Source of the DNA: a virus
Taxonomy: Duplodnaviria > Heunggongvirae > Uroviricota > Caudoviricetes
Virus record (IMG/VR): IMGVR_UViG_2609460354_000003
DNA length: 17,220 nucleotides
Strand: one strand, 5' to 3'
The position numbers were made by a program, and so were the translations under genes. Of this stretch, positions 7,664 through 16,141 are shown piece by piece; position 1 is the first letter of the stretch, and each line of letters starts with the position of its first letter. The notes under the pieces were generated by a model that did not search any database, was not told the DNA's origin, and worked only from the letters and a program-made list of their open reading frames with translations.

Positions 7664-8221
7664 TCATGCAGCCTCCCGACGGGCAAGAATCCTTGAGCCG
7701 AACGCCATCAACTCTCCACGATCAACGGTCGTAAAGTGGCAGTGTGTACGGGGGTATGGGTGCCAGATAATGAGCATCGAGCCTTTATTATTTCCACTGA
7801 CGGGTTTCTCAGTGAGTGGGTTAATAAATGCCAGTCGTCCTGCCGTGATGAATCTGACCTCACTGGCGGTTTGTATCGCTTCATGAAACCATCCGACAGA
7901 TGTGTCAGCAGGCAATAACATTACACATCCCACACTACTGAATTTGTTTTCAGTGGCTGCCTTTTTCACAAAAGGGGAAATATTGCTGTATGGTGGATTC
8001 AACCAGACATAACCAGAGGCATATCCCATTGCTTCAGGCCATGAAGTGGTTAATGTGTTCTGCTCCTGTGAGATAAAAAGCCGACATAGTCGGTTTTTTT
8101 CGCTGGCGGCAGCATCAAGTTGAAAAACGAACTCTGCATTAAGCGCAGCAAAAATCTCTGGTGGTGTGCGCCAGCTGTCGCGATGTTCGGCAGGAGTATT
8201 GCTTCCGGTGAAATCAGTCAT
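7664..8221 (-). CDS. Phage DNA N6-adenine methyltransferase (Dam-like, orphan)
   Basis: WRTPPEIF...FQLDAAAS and NPPY motifs. No restriction endonuclease candidate nearby. Confidence 0.85.
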   Translation of the reverse strand: MTDFTGSNTPAEHRDSWRTPPEIFAALNAEFVFQLDAAASEKNRLCRLFISQEQNTLTTSWPEAMGYASGYVWLNPPYSNISPFVKKAATENKFSSVGCVMLLPADTSVGWFHEAIQTASEVRFITAGRLAFINPLTEKPVSGNNKGSMLIIWHPYPRTHCHFTTVDRGELMAFGSRILARREAA

Positions 8222-8375
8222 ACAGCCCCCGTTTATTATTTATCGCCTCAGCCAGCCGCTGTGCTTTCAGTGGATTTCTGATAACAGAAAGGCCGGGAAA
8301 TACCCAGCCTCGCTTTGTAACGGAGTAGATGAAAGTGATCGCGCCTACCCGGATATTATCGTGAGGATGCGTCAT
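8214..8375 (-). CDS. Small hypothetical ORF (53 aa) coupled between exo and the methyltransferase
   Basis: ATG 8375 overlaps exo stop (ATGA); its TGA overlaps the methylase ATG. Translation [53 protein letters not shown]. Below ORF-track cutoff. Confidence 0.3.
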   Translation of the reverse strand: MTHPHDNIRVGAITFIYSVTKRGWVFPGLSVIRNPLKAQRLAEAINNKRGLYD

Positions 8376-9052
8376 CGCCATTGCTCCCCAAATACAAAAC
8401 CAATTTCAGCCAGTGCCACGTCCATTTTTTCGATGAACTCCGGCACCATCTCGTCAAAATTCGCCATGTACTTTTCATCCCGCTCAACCACGACATAATG
8501 CAGGCCTTCACGCTTCATACGCGGGTCATAGTTGGCAAAGTACCAGGCATCTTTTCGCGTCACCCACATGCTGTACTGCACCTGGGCCATGTAAGCCGAC
8601 TTTATGGCCTCGAAACCACCGAGCCGGAACTTCATGAAATCCCGGGAGGTAAACGGGCATTTCAGTTCAAGGCCATTGCCGTCACTGCATAAACCATCGG
8701 GAGAGCAGGCGGTGCGCATACTTTCGTCGCGATAGATGATCGGGGATTCAATAACATTTACGCCGGAAGTGAACTCAAACAGGGTTCTGGCGTCGTTCTC
8801 GTACTGTTTTCCCCAGGCCAGTGCTTTAGCGTTAACTTCCGGAGCCACACCGGTGCAAACCTCGGCAAGCAGGGTGTGGAAGTAGGACATTTTCATGTCA
8901 GGCCACTTCTTTCCTGAGCGGGGCTTTGCTATCACGTTGTGAACTTCTGAAGCGGTGATGACGCCGAGCCGTAATTTGTGCCACGCATCATCCCCCTGTT
9001 CGACAGCTCTCACGTCGATCCCGGTACGCTGCAGGATAATGTCCGGTGTCAT
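8372..9052 (-). CDS. exo: Lambda-type exonuclease (Red alpha)
   Basis: 226 aa beginning [37 protein letters not shown], matching lambda Exo as recalled. Sits directly downstream of bet. Confidence 0.93.
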   Translation of the reverse strand: MTPDIILQRTGIDVRAVEQGDDAWHKLRLGVITASEVHNVIAKPRSGKKWPDMKMSYFHTLLAEVCTGVAPEVNAKALAWGKQYENDARTLFEFTSGVNVIESPIIYRDESMRTACSPDGLCSDGNGLELKCPFTSRDFMKFRLGGFEAIKSAYMAQVQYSMWVTRKDAWYFANYDPRMKREGLHYVVVERDEKYMANFDEMVPEFIEKMDVALAEIGFVFGEQWR

Positions 9053-9834
9053 GCTGCCACCTTCTGCTCAGTGGCTTTTTGTTTCAGGAATCCAAGAGCT
9101 TTCACTGCTTCGGCCTGTGTCAGTTCTGACGATGCACGAATGTCGCGGCGAAATATCTGGGAACAGAGCGGCAATAAGTCGTCATCCCATGTTTTATCCA
9201 GGGCGATCAGCAGAGTGTTAATCTCCTGCATGGTTTCATCGTTAACCGGAGTGATGTCGCGTTCCGGCTGACGTTCTGCAGTGTATGCGGTATTTTCGAC
9301 AATGCGCTCGGCTTCATCCTTGTCATAGATACCCGCAAATCCGAAGGCCAGACGGGCACACTGAATCATGGCTTTATGCCGTAACATCCGTTTGGGATGC
9401 GACTGCCACGGCCCCGTAATTTCTCTGCCTTCGCGGGTTTTGAATGGTTCGCGGCGGCATTCATCCATCCACTCGGTAACGCAGATCGGATGATTGCGGT
9501 CCTTGCGGTAAATCCGGCATGTACAGGATTCATTGTCCTGCTCAAAGTCCATGCCATCAAACTGCTGGTTTTCATTGATGATGCGGGACCAGCCATCAAC
9601 GCCCACCACCGGAACGATGCCATTCTGCTTATCAGGAAAGGCGTAAATTTCTTTCGTCCATGGATTAAGGCCGTACTGGTTGGCAACGATCAGTAATGCG
9701 ATGAACTGCGCATCGCTGGCATCACCTTTAAATGCTGTCTGGCGAAGAGTGGTGATCAGTTCCTGTGGGTCGACAGAATCCATGCCGACACGTTCAGCCA
9801 GCTTCCCAGCCAGCGTTGCGAGTGCTGTACTCAT
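9049..9834 (-). CDS. bet: Lambda-type Red beta single-strand annealing protein
   Basis: 261 aa beginning [38 protein letters not shown], near-identical to lambda Bet as recalled. Confidence 0.95.
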   Translation of the reverse strand: MSTALATLAGKLAERVGMDSVDPQELITTLRQTAFKGDASDAQFIALLIVANQYGLNPWTKEIYAFPDKQNGIVPVVGVDGWSRIINENQQFDGMDFEQDNESCTCRIYRKDRNHPICVTEWMDECRREPFKTREGREITGPWQSHPKRMLRHKAMIQCARLAFGFAGIYDKDEAERIVENTAYTAERQPERDITPVNDETMQEINTLLIALDKTWDDDLLPLCSQIFRRDIRASSELTQAEAVKALGFLKQKATEQKVAA

Positions 9835-9839
9835 CCGTT

Positions 9840-10136
9840 TTATACCTCTGAATCAATATCAACCTGATGGTGAGCAATGGTTTCAACCATGTACCGGATG
9901 TGTTCTGCCATGCGCTCCTGAAACTCAACATCGTCATCAAACGCACGGGTAATGGCTTTTTTGCTGGCCCCGTGGCGTTGCAAATGATCGATGCATAGCG
10001 ATTCAAACAGGTGCTGGGGCAGGCCTTTTTCCATGTCGTCTGCCAGTTCTGCCTCTTTCTCTTCACGGGCGATCTGCTGGTAGTGACGCGCCCAGCTCTG
10101 AGCCTCAAGACGATCCTGAATGTAATAAGCGTTCAT
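9840..10136 (-). CDS. gam: Gam RecBCD inhibitor (short GamS-like form)
   Basis: 98 aa [60 protein letters not shown]... AGGAGG SD. In-frame upstream sequence has stops, so no GamL extension. Confidence 0.93.
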   Translation of the reverse strand: MNAYYIQDRLEAQSWARHYQQIAREEKEAELADDMEKGLPQHLFESLCIDHLQRHGASKKAITRAFDDDVEFQERMAEHIRYMVETIAHHQVDIDSEV

Positions 10137-10211
10137 GGCTGACCTCCTGAAAATGGCTGTGAAAATATCGCCCGCGAAATGCCAGGCTGATTAGGAAAAC
10201 AGGAAAGGGGA

Positions 10212-10622
10212 TTAGTGATTTAGGCCGTTGCCGCGTCCGTCGAGAAAAACTTCCACGAGCAAATCACGGGTATAAGTGCGCTCGATGCCGCGATGCAGAT
10301 ATAGCCGTCCGCGTAAATTAGCTGATGCAGTCCAGGTACCATCTTTGTGTTTGACCAGCATTCCTGGCATGACCGCACCGCGATTAACGGTCTGCGTTCC
10401 GTAATGTTGATGAACCATAAAAACTCCTGCCCGTAAGCTGGGCTGCTGAACATATATAGACTTCTGCGCGTATTCAGGCGGTGGATGGCCGCCGGTTGTC
10501 ATAACTAAGCCGCCTCGTTGAAGCGACTGAGGTATGAAGTGTTGAGTTGATTTCAGCTGGTCACACCGACGTTCACGCGTCCGCTTCACCCCTCGCACTC
10601 CCCGGAGCCTGCTGAAATTCAA
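10212..10622 (-). CDS. Hypothetical protein in the N position (first gene after PL); possible N-like antiterminator if started at upstream TTG/GTG, otherwise 96 aa from ATG 10502
   Basis: With the TTG start the N-terminus is Arg-rich ([15 protein letters not shown]), reminiscent of N arginine-rich motifs. First ATG is at 10502 with a GAGG SD. No clear boxA/boxB seen. Confidence 0.35.
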   Translation of the reverse strand: MNFSRLRGVRGVKRTRERRCDQLKSTQHFIPQSLQRGGLVMTTGGHPPPEYAQKSIYVQQPSLRAGVFMVHQHYGTQTVNRGAVMPGMLVKHKDGTWTASANLRGRLYLHRGIERTYTRDLLVEVFLDGRGNGLNH

Positions 10623-10689
10623 GCTGCGGATCTAAGCGGTCATCGCAACGGTGAATCAGGTGGTTGCCGTATCGTTGTGTTGTTGCGAC

Positions 10690-10745
10690 ATGGTGATAAT
10701 AGCTATTGCTATTGATGATATCAATACTTATTGCTATTGCTAGAT
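10690..10745 (-). promoter_or_regulatory. OL/PL-like region: leftward promoter with repressor operator repeats
   Basis: Minus strand -35 TTGATA (plus 10717-10722), 17-nt spacer, -10 TATTAT (plus 10694-10699). Repeated TTGCTATTG-type motifs at about 10699-10712 and 10727-10741 also occur in OR. Confidence 0.5.
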
Positions 10746-10870
10746 GTGTTTTGATATTAAATATTTGATAGCAAAAAGAATTAATTTTGTGACTTGCATC
10801 GCATAGCGATAACTGAAGCGGGGTTGTGGTGGTTTTTTGAACGGTGTGTGCGATGAGGGGAGGGCAAAAG

Positions 10871-10892
10871 AAAACCCGGCACGGTGGCCGGG
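10871..10892 (-). terminator. Rho-independent terminator ending the cI-side accessory locus
   Basis: Minus strand CCCGGC-cac...-GCCGGG hairpin followed by TTTTCTTTTG, right after the stop of the 283-aa gene. Confidence 0.6.
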
Positions 10893-10899
10893 TCTGAAC

Positions 10900-11751
10900 T
10901 TACTGAATTTTCCTGAAAATCACAAGAGGAGTCATTCCGTATGCGGTGCTACTGCGGCCTGCTAATTCTTTTATCCCAGAAAGCATTTCTGTTATGCCAT
11001 CTTTCAAAGGGTTTGACGGGAACACAGACATATCGAAAAGTTCTTGGTCATATTCAGGAAGGGCATCGATAAAACCAAGTACGTACCATTCGCCTGGAAT
11101 ACTCCCACCATATTTTAGAACCATATCGTCTGGATTAATGGTGAGGTAATCACGATTAATAGTCATCCAAATGGTTTGACCAAAATCATTAATAAAATCA
11201 ACCTGCAATGTGTTCGGGACAATATTAAGTACTTCTTTCATCATGCCAAAAGTGACACCGGGCGAGACGGGGATTTCGTCAATACTATCATTCGTTTTTT
11301 TTGCTTTTGGCGGTAGCTTGGAGCGTTCTGCCTTTAGCATTTTTGCTACAAACGGGACGCTTTTTTGAAACATGGAAATATCAAAAATACGAACATGGCC
11401 TTTAGATAAAACAGTACTCCCAAGTCTTTCACCATTAAGTTCTGTTTTTATTAGATCATTTTCAGAAAGTTTATCTAAGAGGTTAATAGGAAGCGTCCAT
11501 GAAGCATCATAGCTTTTTTCATGGGTGTAATTGATAGTTTCCTCAACACCAAGTTTTGACTTAATGATTTTAATGTCAAAGCCGGCATCACTTACTGATT
11601 TGTCAACTTCAGCTGTTACCTGTCTGATAGATGTTATTACACCAGGCCCATGCATCTGTGCCAAGAGCGATGATGCCCGCTTGTTATCAACATATAGAAA
11701 ATCATACAATGAATCGGTGGTTTGTGATTCTTGCGCCGCGGATACGGTCAT
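10900..11751 (-). CDS. Unknown 283-aa protein in the cI-downstream (rex-like) position
   Basis: Complete ORF with AAGGAAGAG SD 7 nt before ATG 11751. AT-rich relative to neighbours. Same strand as cI, followed by a terminator. No motif recognised. Confidence 0.7.
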   Translation of the reverse strand: MTVSAAQESQTTDSLYDFLYVDNKRASSLLAQMHGPGVITSIRQVTAEVDKSVSDAGFDIKIIKSKLGVEETINYTHEKSYDASWTLPINLLDKLSENDLIKTELNGERLGSTVLSKGHVRIFDISMFQKSVPFVAKMLKAERSKLPPKAKKTNDSIDEIPVSPGVTFGMMKEVLNIVPNTLQVDFINDFGQTIWMTINRDYLTINPDDMVLKYGGSIPGEWYVLGFIDALPEYDQELFDMSVFPSNPLKDGITEMLSGIKELAGRSSTAYGMTPLVIFRKIQ

Positions 11752-12057
11752 TCTTTATCTCTTCCTTCTTTTCGGCAATTTCATTTTGTTTTTTCTTTAT
11801 TTCGTCAATAACTTCCTGAACCTCTGCATCAGTGGCCCTGGGGGGTTTAGATTCAATAATTTTTAATAATTTGCGAATCATGACGAAATCTCTTGAAAAT
11901 ATGCCTTGGTTAAATTATGCACTCACACGGAGGCGATATCAACAGGGCATAAAATGCAATCATAAAAAACACATAAAATTCAAAGCATTAATAAATTAAA
12001 GGGCTGAGGTTTAACTCGTCTGTAATGGCCTTCTAAGGCTAAAATATGAGCATTAAA

Positions 12058-12750
12058 TCAACCATGCTTCCTGTACGTCTGCGGCATGCTCCCGATGACT
12101 TTCCCGAAAATGAATACCCGGTTCATCTCGTCTTTCTCGATCGGGTCCCACGGTGAGTAACTCTTGTTATCAGAGATAACGAGCAGCTTATCCTTCATCA
12201 TTTGCAGGCGCTTTACATGGGCTGTGTCGTCATACAGAAACGCATAGATACCATCACCGTCGAAAGATTTAACCGTGATATCAACGAACAGCAGATCACC
12301 TGGTTCGATCGTTCCTGACATGCTGTCACCGCGTACGTTAATAATGCGGATATTTTCTGCCTTCCTACCATCGAACATGTGACGAGCATCGTCAAACGAG
12401 TACTCAACCGAACGTAGAACTTCTACAAACTCACGGTTGATGACTCCCGGCCCGGCACTGACTTCTATATCAAGAACGTCAATTTTGAAGTATTTGGAAT
12501 GGCTGACAGCAGGCTTCCCTGATTGTTGACCGTCATTTCTCATCGGGCCTATGCCTGATGAGAGCCATTCTGTTCGAACACCCAATGCATTAGCTATTTC
12601 AACAATTTTTGTTGAGCCGCGCGCGTTGCCGCTTGTCAGTCTCCAGATTGTGGGTTGAGCTACGCCAGACGCCTTTGCAAGAGCGCCTTGAGACATTCCA
12701 GATTGTTCCATCGCTAGGTTTAAGCGATCAGCAAGAGTTTCTTTTTTCAT
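12058..12750 (-). CDS. cI: CI-type prophage repressor (N-terminal HTH, C-terminal S24 LexA-like autopeptidase)
   Basis: HTH segment SQGALAKASGVAQPTIWRL; S24 features GDSMSGTIEPGD and a downstream Lys (HVKRL). Start set at ATG 12750 because the TTG at 12786 falls in the -35 of the predicted promoter. Confidence 0.88.
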   Translation of the reverse strand: MKKETLADRLNLAMEQSGMSQGALAKASGVAQPTIWRLTSGNARGSTKIVEIANALGVRTEWLSSGIGPMRNDGQQSGKPAVSHSKYFKIDVLDIEVSAGPGVINREFVEVLRSVEYSFDDARHMFDGRKAENIRIINVRGDSMSGTIEPGDLLFVDITVKSFDGDGIYAFLYDDTAHVKRLQMMKDKLLVISDNKSYSPWDPIEKDEMNRVFIFGKVIGSMPQTYRKHG

Positions 12751-12860
12751 AAGTTTTAATTTATACGCTTGCGTATTGATGGTCAAAACACGTTTTGCTA
12801 TTGCTTGGATTAATACGCATTGCTATTATTCATTCATTGCAATACCAATAGGAATTGATA
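12751..12860. promoter_or_regulatory. OR-like divergent promoter/operator region (PRM-like leftward, PR-like rightward)
   Basis: Minus strand TTGACC (12781-12786), 15-16 nt spacer, TATAAA (12760-12765), ending 8-9 nt before the cI ATG, implying a leaderless or near-leaderless cI mRNA. Plus strand TTGCTT (12801-12806), 17 nt, TATTAT (12824-12829). Three ATTGCTATT/ATTGCAAT operator-like motifs between 12796 and 12845. Confidence 0.6.
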
Positions 12861-13088
12861 ATGACAAATCAAACCATTCAACTCGCAATCAGTATTACAG
12901 GTAGTCAAAAACGACTGGCAGATCTATGCGGTGTAGCCCAACCCACAGTTTGGCGTTGGCTACACGGTGGCGGAATTGATGCCCGCTATGTAATGAAAAT
13001 TGTCTCAGCCACTGGTGGAAAGATTAAACCAGCAGATATTCGTCCCGACCTCGCACCATTGTTTAACGCGAGTAATTCTGCCGCCTAA
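12861..13088 (+). CDS. cro: Cro-like HTH regulator (75 aa)
   Basis: ATG 12861 with AGGAA SD. HTH segment QKRLADLCGVAQPTVWRWL. Divergent from cI across the operator region. Confidence 0.7.
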   Translation: MTNQTIQLAISITGSQKRLADLCGVAQPTVWRWLHGGGIDARYVMKIVSATGGKIKPADIRPDLAPLFNASNSAA

Positions 13089-13112
13089 ACTGCGGCGTTA
13101 ACTGATAAGGCA

Positions 13113-13658
13113 ATGACTATGCAACCACTTACATACCAACAGACTAGCGGATTTAGCCCGACTGCGGTGATAAATCGTTCTCAAACAAAACAGGTGCCAG
13201 GCCACGAAAAAATCCGTGATGCCGTCCGCGCCTGGTCGGCTGCAGATAATCAGGATGTTGTTGCCGCACTCATTGTGAATGAGTATCGGGAGCAGGGCGG
13301 CGGCACCATCGATTTCCCTGATGATGTCAGCCGTGCACGCCAGAAGCTGTTCCGCTTCCTCGATAACAAATTCGATTCTGAAAAATACCGAAATAACGTG
13401 CGTGAACTGACCCCGGCAATTCTGGCGGTACTACCGCTGGAATATCGCGGTTACCTGGTTGAGCAGGATAGCTTCATGACTCGGTTGGCTGAAATGGAAA
13501 AGGAACTCAGTGAGGCAAAACAGGCTGTCATTCTCAACGCACCACGCCACCAGAAACTGAAGGAGATGAGTGAAGGCATTGTGTCGATGTTTCGTGTGGA
13601 CCCGGACCTGGCTGGTCCATTGATGGCGATGGTCACCACCATGCTGGGGGCAATATGA
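13113..13658 (+). CDS. CII-position regulatory protein (YdaT/CII-like, putative)
   Basis: 181-aa ORF between cro and O; start may instead be ATG 13119 (better SD spacing). Family assignment from memory, not computed. Confidence 0.45.
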   Translation: MTMQPLTYQQTSGFSPTAVINRSQTKQVPGHEKIRDAVRAWSAADNQDVVAALIVNEYREQGGGTIDFPDDVSRARQKLFRFLDNKFDSEKYRNNVRELTPAILAVLPLEYRGYLVEQDSFMTRLAEMEKELSEAKQAVILNAPRHQKLKEMSEGIVSMFRVDPDLAGPLMAMVTTMLGAI

Positions 13659-13744
13659 CAGGTTCAGAAATGGCGAAAGCCGGTCTGCGCGAACAGAACC
13701 GACTTTCAGGTGCAAATCGTAACACACTCATTGCGGGAGGAATT

Positions 13745-14674
13745 ATGGCAAACACTGCTGAGATATTCAATTTTCCAGTGCCGGATGCGGCACAAAAGGA
13801 GCCGCGCGTGGCAGATCTCGATGATGGTTATACGCGCATTGCAAATGAGTTGCTGGAAGCTGTGATGCTGGCCGGATTAACACAGCACCAGCTTCTGGTC
13901 TTCCTGGCTGTCATGCGCAAAACATATGGCTTTAATAAAAAACTGGATTGGGTGAGCAACGAGCAACTGTCCGAATTGACCGGGATATTGCCGCACAAGT
14001 GTTCTGCTGCAAAAAGTGTTCTGGTAAAGCGTGGGATTTTGATTCAGAGCGGGCGGAATATCGGTATTAATAATGTGGTCAGTGAATGGGCAACATTACC
14101 CGAATCAGGTAAGAAAAATAAAGTTTACCTGAAAGAGGTAAATTTACCTGAATCAGGTAAGAAAAGTTTACCCAAATCAGGTAAAGGCGTTTACCCGAAT
14201 CAGGTAAACACAAAAGACAAACTAACAAAAGACAATATAAAACCTTTTTCGTCCGAGAATTCTGGCGAATCCTCTGACCAACCAGAAAACGATCTTCCTG
14301 TGGTGAAACCAGATGCTGCAATTCAGAGCGGCAGCAAGTGGGGGACAGCAGAAGACCTGACCGCCGCAGAGTGGATGTTTGACATGGTGAAGACCATCGC
14401 GCCCTCAGCCAGAAAACCGAATTTTGCAGGGTGGGCTAACGATATCCGCCTGATGCGTGAACGTGACGGACGTAACCACCGCGACATGTGCGTGCTGTTC
14501 CGCTGGGCATGCCAGGACAACTTCTGGTCCGGTAACGTGCTGAGTCCGGCCAAACTCCGCGACAAGTGGACCCAGCTCGAAATCAACCGAAACAAGCAAC
14601 AGGCTGGCGTGACAGCCGGCAAACCAAAACTCGACCTGACGAACACTGACTGGATTTACGGGGTGGATTTATGA
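13745..14674 (+). CDS. O: Replication initiator O (divergent N-terminal iteron-binding domain, lambda-like C-terminal P-interaction domain)
   Basis: ATG 13745 preceded by GGGAGG. C-terminal half (SGESSDQPENDLPVVKPDAAIQSGSKWGTAEDLTAAEWMFDMVKTIAPSARKPNFAGWANDIRLMRERDGRNHRDMC...) matches lambda O as recalled. N-terminal domain differs. An upstream in-frame ATG at 13655 is an alternative start. Confidence 0.88.
   Translation: MANTAEIFNFPVPDAAQKEPRVADLDDGYTRIANELLEAVMLAGLTQHQLLVFLAVMRKTYGFNKKLDWVSNEQLSELTGILPHKCSAAKSVLVKRGILIQSGRNIGINNVVSEWATLPESGKKNKVYLKEVNLPESGKKSLPKSGKGVYPNQVNTKDKLTKDNIKPFSSENSGESSDQPENDLPVVKPDAAIQSGSKWGTAEDLTAAEWMFDMVKTIAPSARKPNFAGWANDIRLMRERDGRNHRDMCVLFRWACQDNFWSGNVLSPAKLRDKWTQLEINRNKQQAGVTAGKPKLDLTNTDWIYGVDL
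14096..14208. repeat. Origin of replication: five 18-bp iterons inside the O gene, followed by an AT-rich stretch
   Basis: Iterons TTACC(C/T)(G/A)A(A/T)(T/A)(C/G)AGGTAA(G/A) at 14096, 14125, 14144, 14168, 14191. AT-rich 14209-14250. Same architecture as lambda ori. Confidence 0.8.
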
Positions 14675-15372
14675 AAAACATCGCCGCACAGATGATTAAC
14701 TTTGACCGTGAGCAGATGCGCCGGATCGCCAACAACATGCCGGAACAGTACGAAGAAAAGCCGCAGGTACAGCAGATAGCGCAGATCATCAACGGTGTGT
14801 TCAGCCAGTTACTGGCAACTTTCCCGGCGAGCCTGGCTAACCGTGACCAGAACGAACTGAACGAAATCCGCCGCCAGTGGGTTCTGGCTTTTCGGGAAAA
14901 CGGGATCACCACAATGGAACAGGTTAACGCAGGAATGCGCGTAGCCCGTCGACAGAATCGACCATTTCTGCCATCACCTGGGCAGTTTGTTGCATGGTGC
15001 CGGGAAGAAGCATCCGTTATCGCCGGACTGCCAAACGTCAGCGAGCTGGTTGATATGGTTTACGAGTATTGCCGGAAGCGTGGCCTGTATCCGGATGCAG
15101 AGTCTTATCCGTGGAAATCAAACGCGCACTACTGGCTGGTTACCAACCTGTACCAGAACATGCGGGCCAATGCGCTGACTGACGCGGAATTACGGCGTAA
15201 GGCTGCCGATGAGCTGTCCTGTATGACCGCACGAATTAACCGTGGTGAGGCTATACCTGAACCAGTAAAACAACTTCCTGTCATGGGCGGTAGACCTCTA
15301 AATCGTGCACAGGCTCTGGCGAAGATCGCAGAAATCAAAGCGAAGTTCGGACTGAAAGGAGCAAGTGTATGA
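14671..15372 (+). CDS. P: Replication protein P (DnaB helicase loader)
   Basis: 233 aa MKNIAAQMINFDREQMRRIANNMPEQYEEKPQVQQIAQIINGVFSQLLATFPASLANRDQNE..., near-identical to lambda P as recalled. ATGA overlap with O stop. Confidence 0.95.
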   Translation: MKNIAAQMINFDREQMRRIANNMPEQYEEKPQVQQIAQIINGVFSQLLATFPASLANRDQNELNEIRRQWVLAFRENGITTMEQVNAGMRVARRQNRPFLPSPGQFVAWCREEASVIAGLPNVSELVDMVYEYCRKRGLYPDAESYPWKSNAHYWLVTNLYQNMRANALTDAELRRKAADELSCMTARINRGEAIPEPVKQLPVMGGRPLNRAQALAKIAEIKAKFGLKGASV

Positions 15373-15662
15373 CGGGAAAAGAAGCAATTATTCATTACCT
15401 GGGGACGCATAAGAGCTTCTGTGCGCAGGACGTAGCTGCGGTAACAGGCGCAACAGTAACCAGCATAAATCAGGCTGCGGCTAAAATGGCGCGGACAGGA
15501 ATCTTAGTCATTGATGGTAAGGTCTGGCGAACGGTGTATTACCGGTTCGCTACCAGGGAAGAACGGGAAGGAAAGGTGAGTACGAATCTGATTTTCAAGG
15601 AGTGTCGCCAGAGTGCCGCGATGAAACGGGTGTTGGCGGTATATGGGAGGACTACAGCATAA
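15369..15662 (+). CDS. ren: Ren protein
   Basis: 97 aa MTGKEAIIHYLGTHKSFCAQDVAAVTGATVTSINQAAAKMAR... matches lambda Ren as recalled. ATGA overlap with P stop. Confidence 0.9.
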   Translation: MTGKEAIIHYLGTHKSFCAQDVAAVTGATVTSINQAAAKMARTGILVIDGKVWRTVYYRFATREEREGKVSTNLIFKECRQSAAMKRVLAVYGRTTA

Positions 15663-15742
15663 GCATAACTTATGGATTATATGGAAAACTGGTAATTATG
15701 CTCTTTTCTTATGAAAAATTAAGAGAAGTTTTCGCTGGCGTT

Positions 15743-16141
15743 TTATTTGTTCTGTTTTTTCTTGCGGGTTATTCTGATTTGTTTTGATTTGATTTTTTCT
15801 GACAAAAGTAGGGAAAAAATATGTCGCAAGTACTTTCTGTCTTTACCTCCTAAATTACATTCTCTATCAAATGTTGCCATAGTTATGACCCCAGTTTTAT
15901 ATAGTGTTTCAGCAATTTTTCTGTAGTTTTTTTCTCGCAAAATTGAAGAGTTTTTCTTTGCTGTATTTTCAAGGCTATCTCCTTGTGGTTTAAGACCATT
16001 TGGGCCAAAAAACGTTGTGGATACTGCTGCACTTGTTGTCCGTTTTTTTTGGCCCATTTGGATAGTACTTGGGAGAGGCATGATTTTAATACGCATATAA
16101 ATAACTCCTCTATCAATTGGATTTTGGGAAAATGTTAACAT
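15743..16141 (-). CDS. Unknown 132-aa protein translationally coupled to the Mnt-like repressor
   Basis: ATG 16141..16139 overlaps the repressor stop (TAATG). Lys-rich C-terminus. A competing 77-aa frame (15883..16116) exists, so frame choice is uncertain. Confidence 0.35.
   Translation of the reverse strand: MLTFSQNPIDRGVIYMRIKIMPLPSTIQMGQKKRTTSAAVSTTFFGPNGLKPQGDSLENTAKKNSSILREKNYRKIAETLYKTGVITMATFDRECNLGGKDRKYLRHIFSLLLSEKIKSKQIRITRKKKQNK

Noticed and set aside
8955-10108. Multiple ORFs overlapping bet and gam (e.g. 9366..9686, 9397..9696, 9680..9952, 9794..10108)
   Set aside because: bet and gam are near-exact matches to lambda proteins as recalled; the overlapping frames are chance ORFs.
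10623-10690. nutL boxA/boxB in the PL leader
   Set aside because: Only a weak CGCTTAGA boxA-like string and a poor 5-bp hairpin, in the wrong order; not enough to annotate.
12213-12407. 64-aa ORF 12213..12407
   Set aside because: Lies inside the cI coding region in another frame; cI has clear HTH and S24 peptidase motifs.
13078-13100. Small hairpin after the cro stop as a tR1-like terminator
   Set aside because: 5-bp stem (CCGC/GCGG) without a U-tract; tR1 in lambda is rho-dependent and cannot be recognised from sequence.
14096-14208. Possible CRISPR array suggested by five regularly spaced 18-bp repeats
   Set aside because: Repeats are separated by only 1-11 bp, lie inside the O reading frame, are individually palindromic and are followed by an AT-rich stretch: a replication origin, not a CRISPR array.
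14079-14912. Minus-strand ORFs 14079..14321, 14323..14646, 14405..14599, 14583..14912
   Set aside because: Antisense to O and P; the first is produced by the iteron repeats.
15883-16116. 77-aa ORF in an alternative frame to the 132-aa gene
   Set aside because: Not translationally coupled to the Mnt-like gene and lacks an SD, but cannot be fully excluded; kept as a competing frame.
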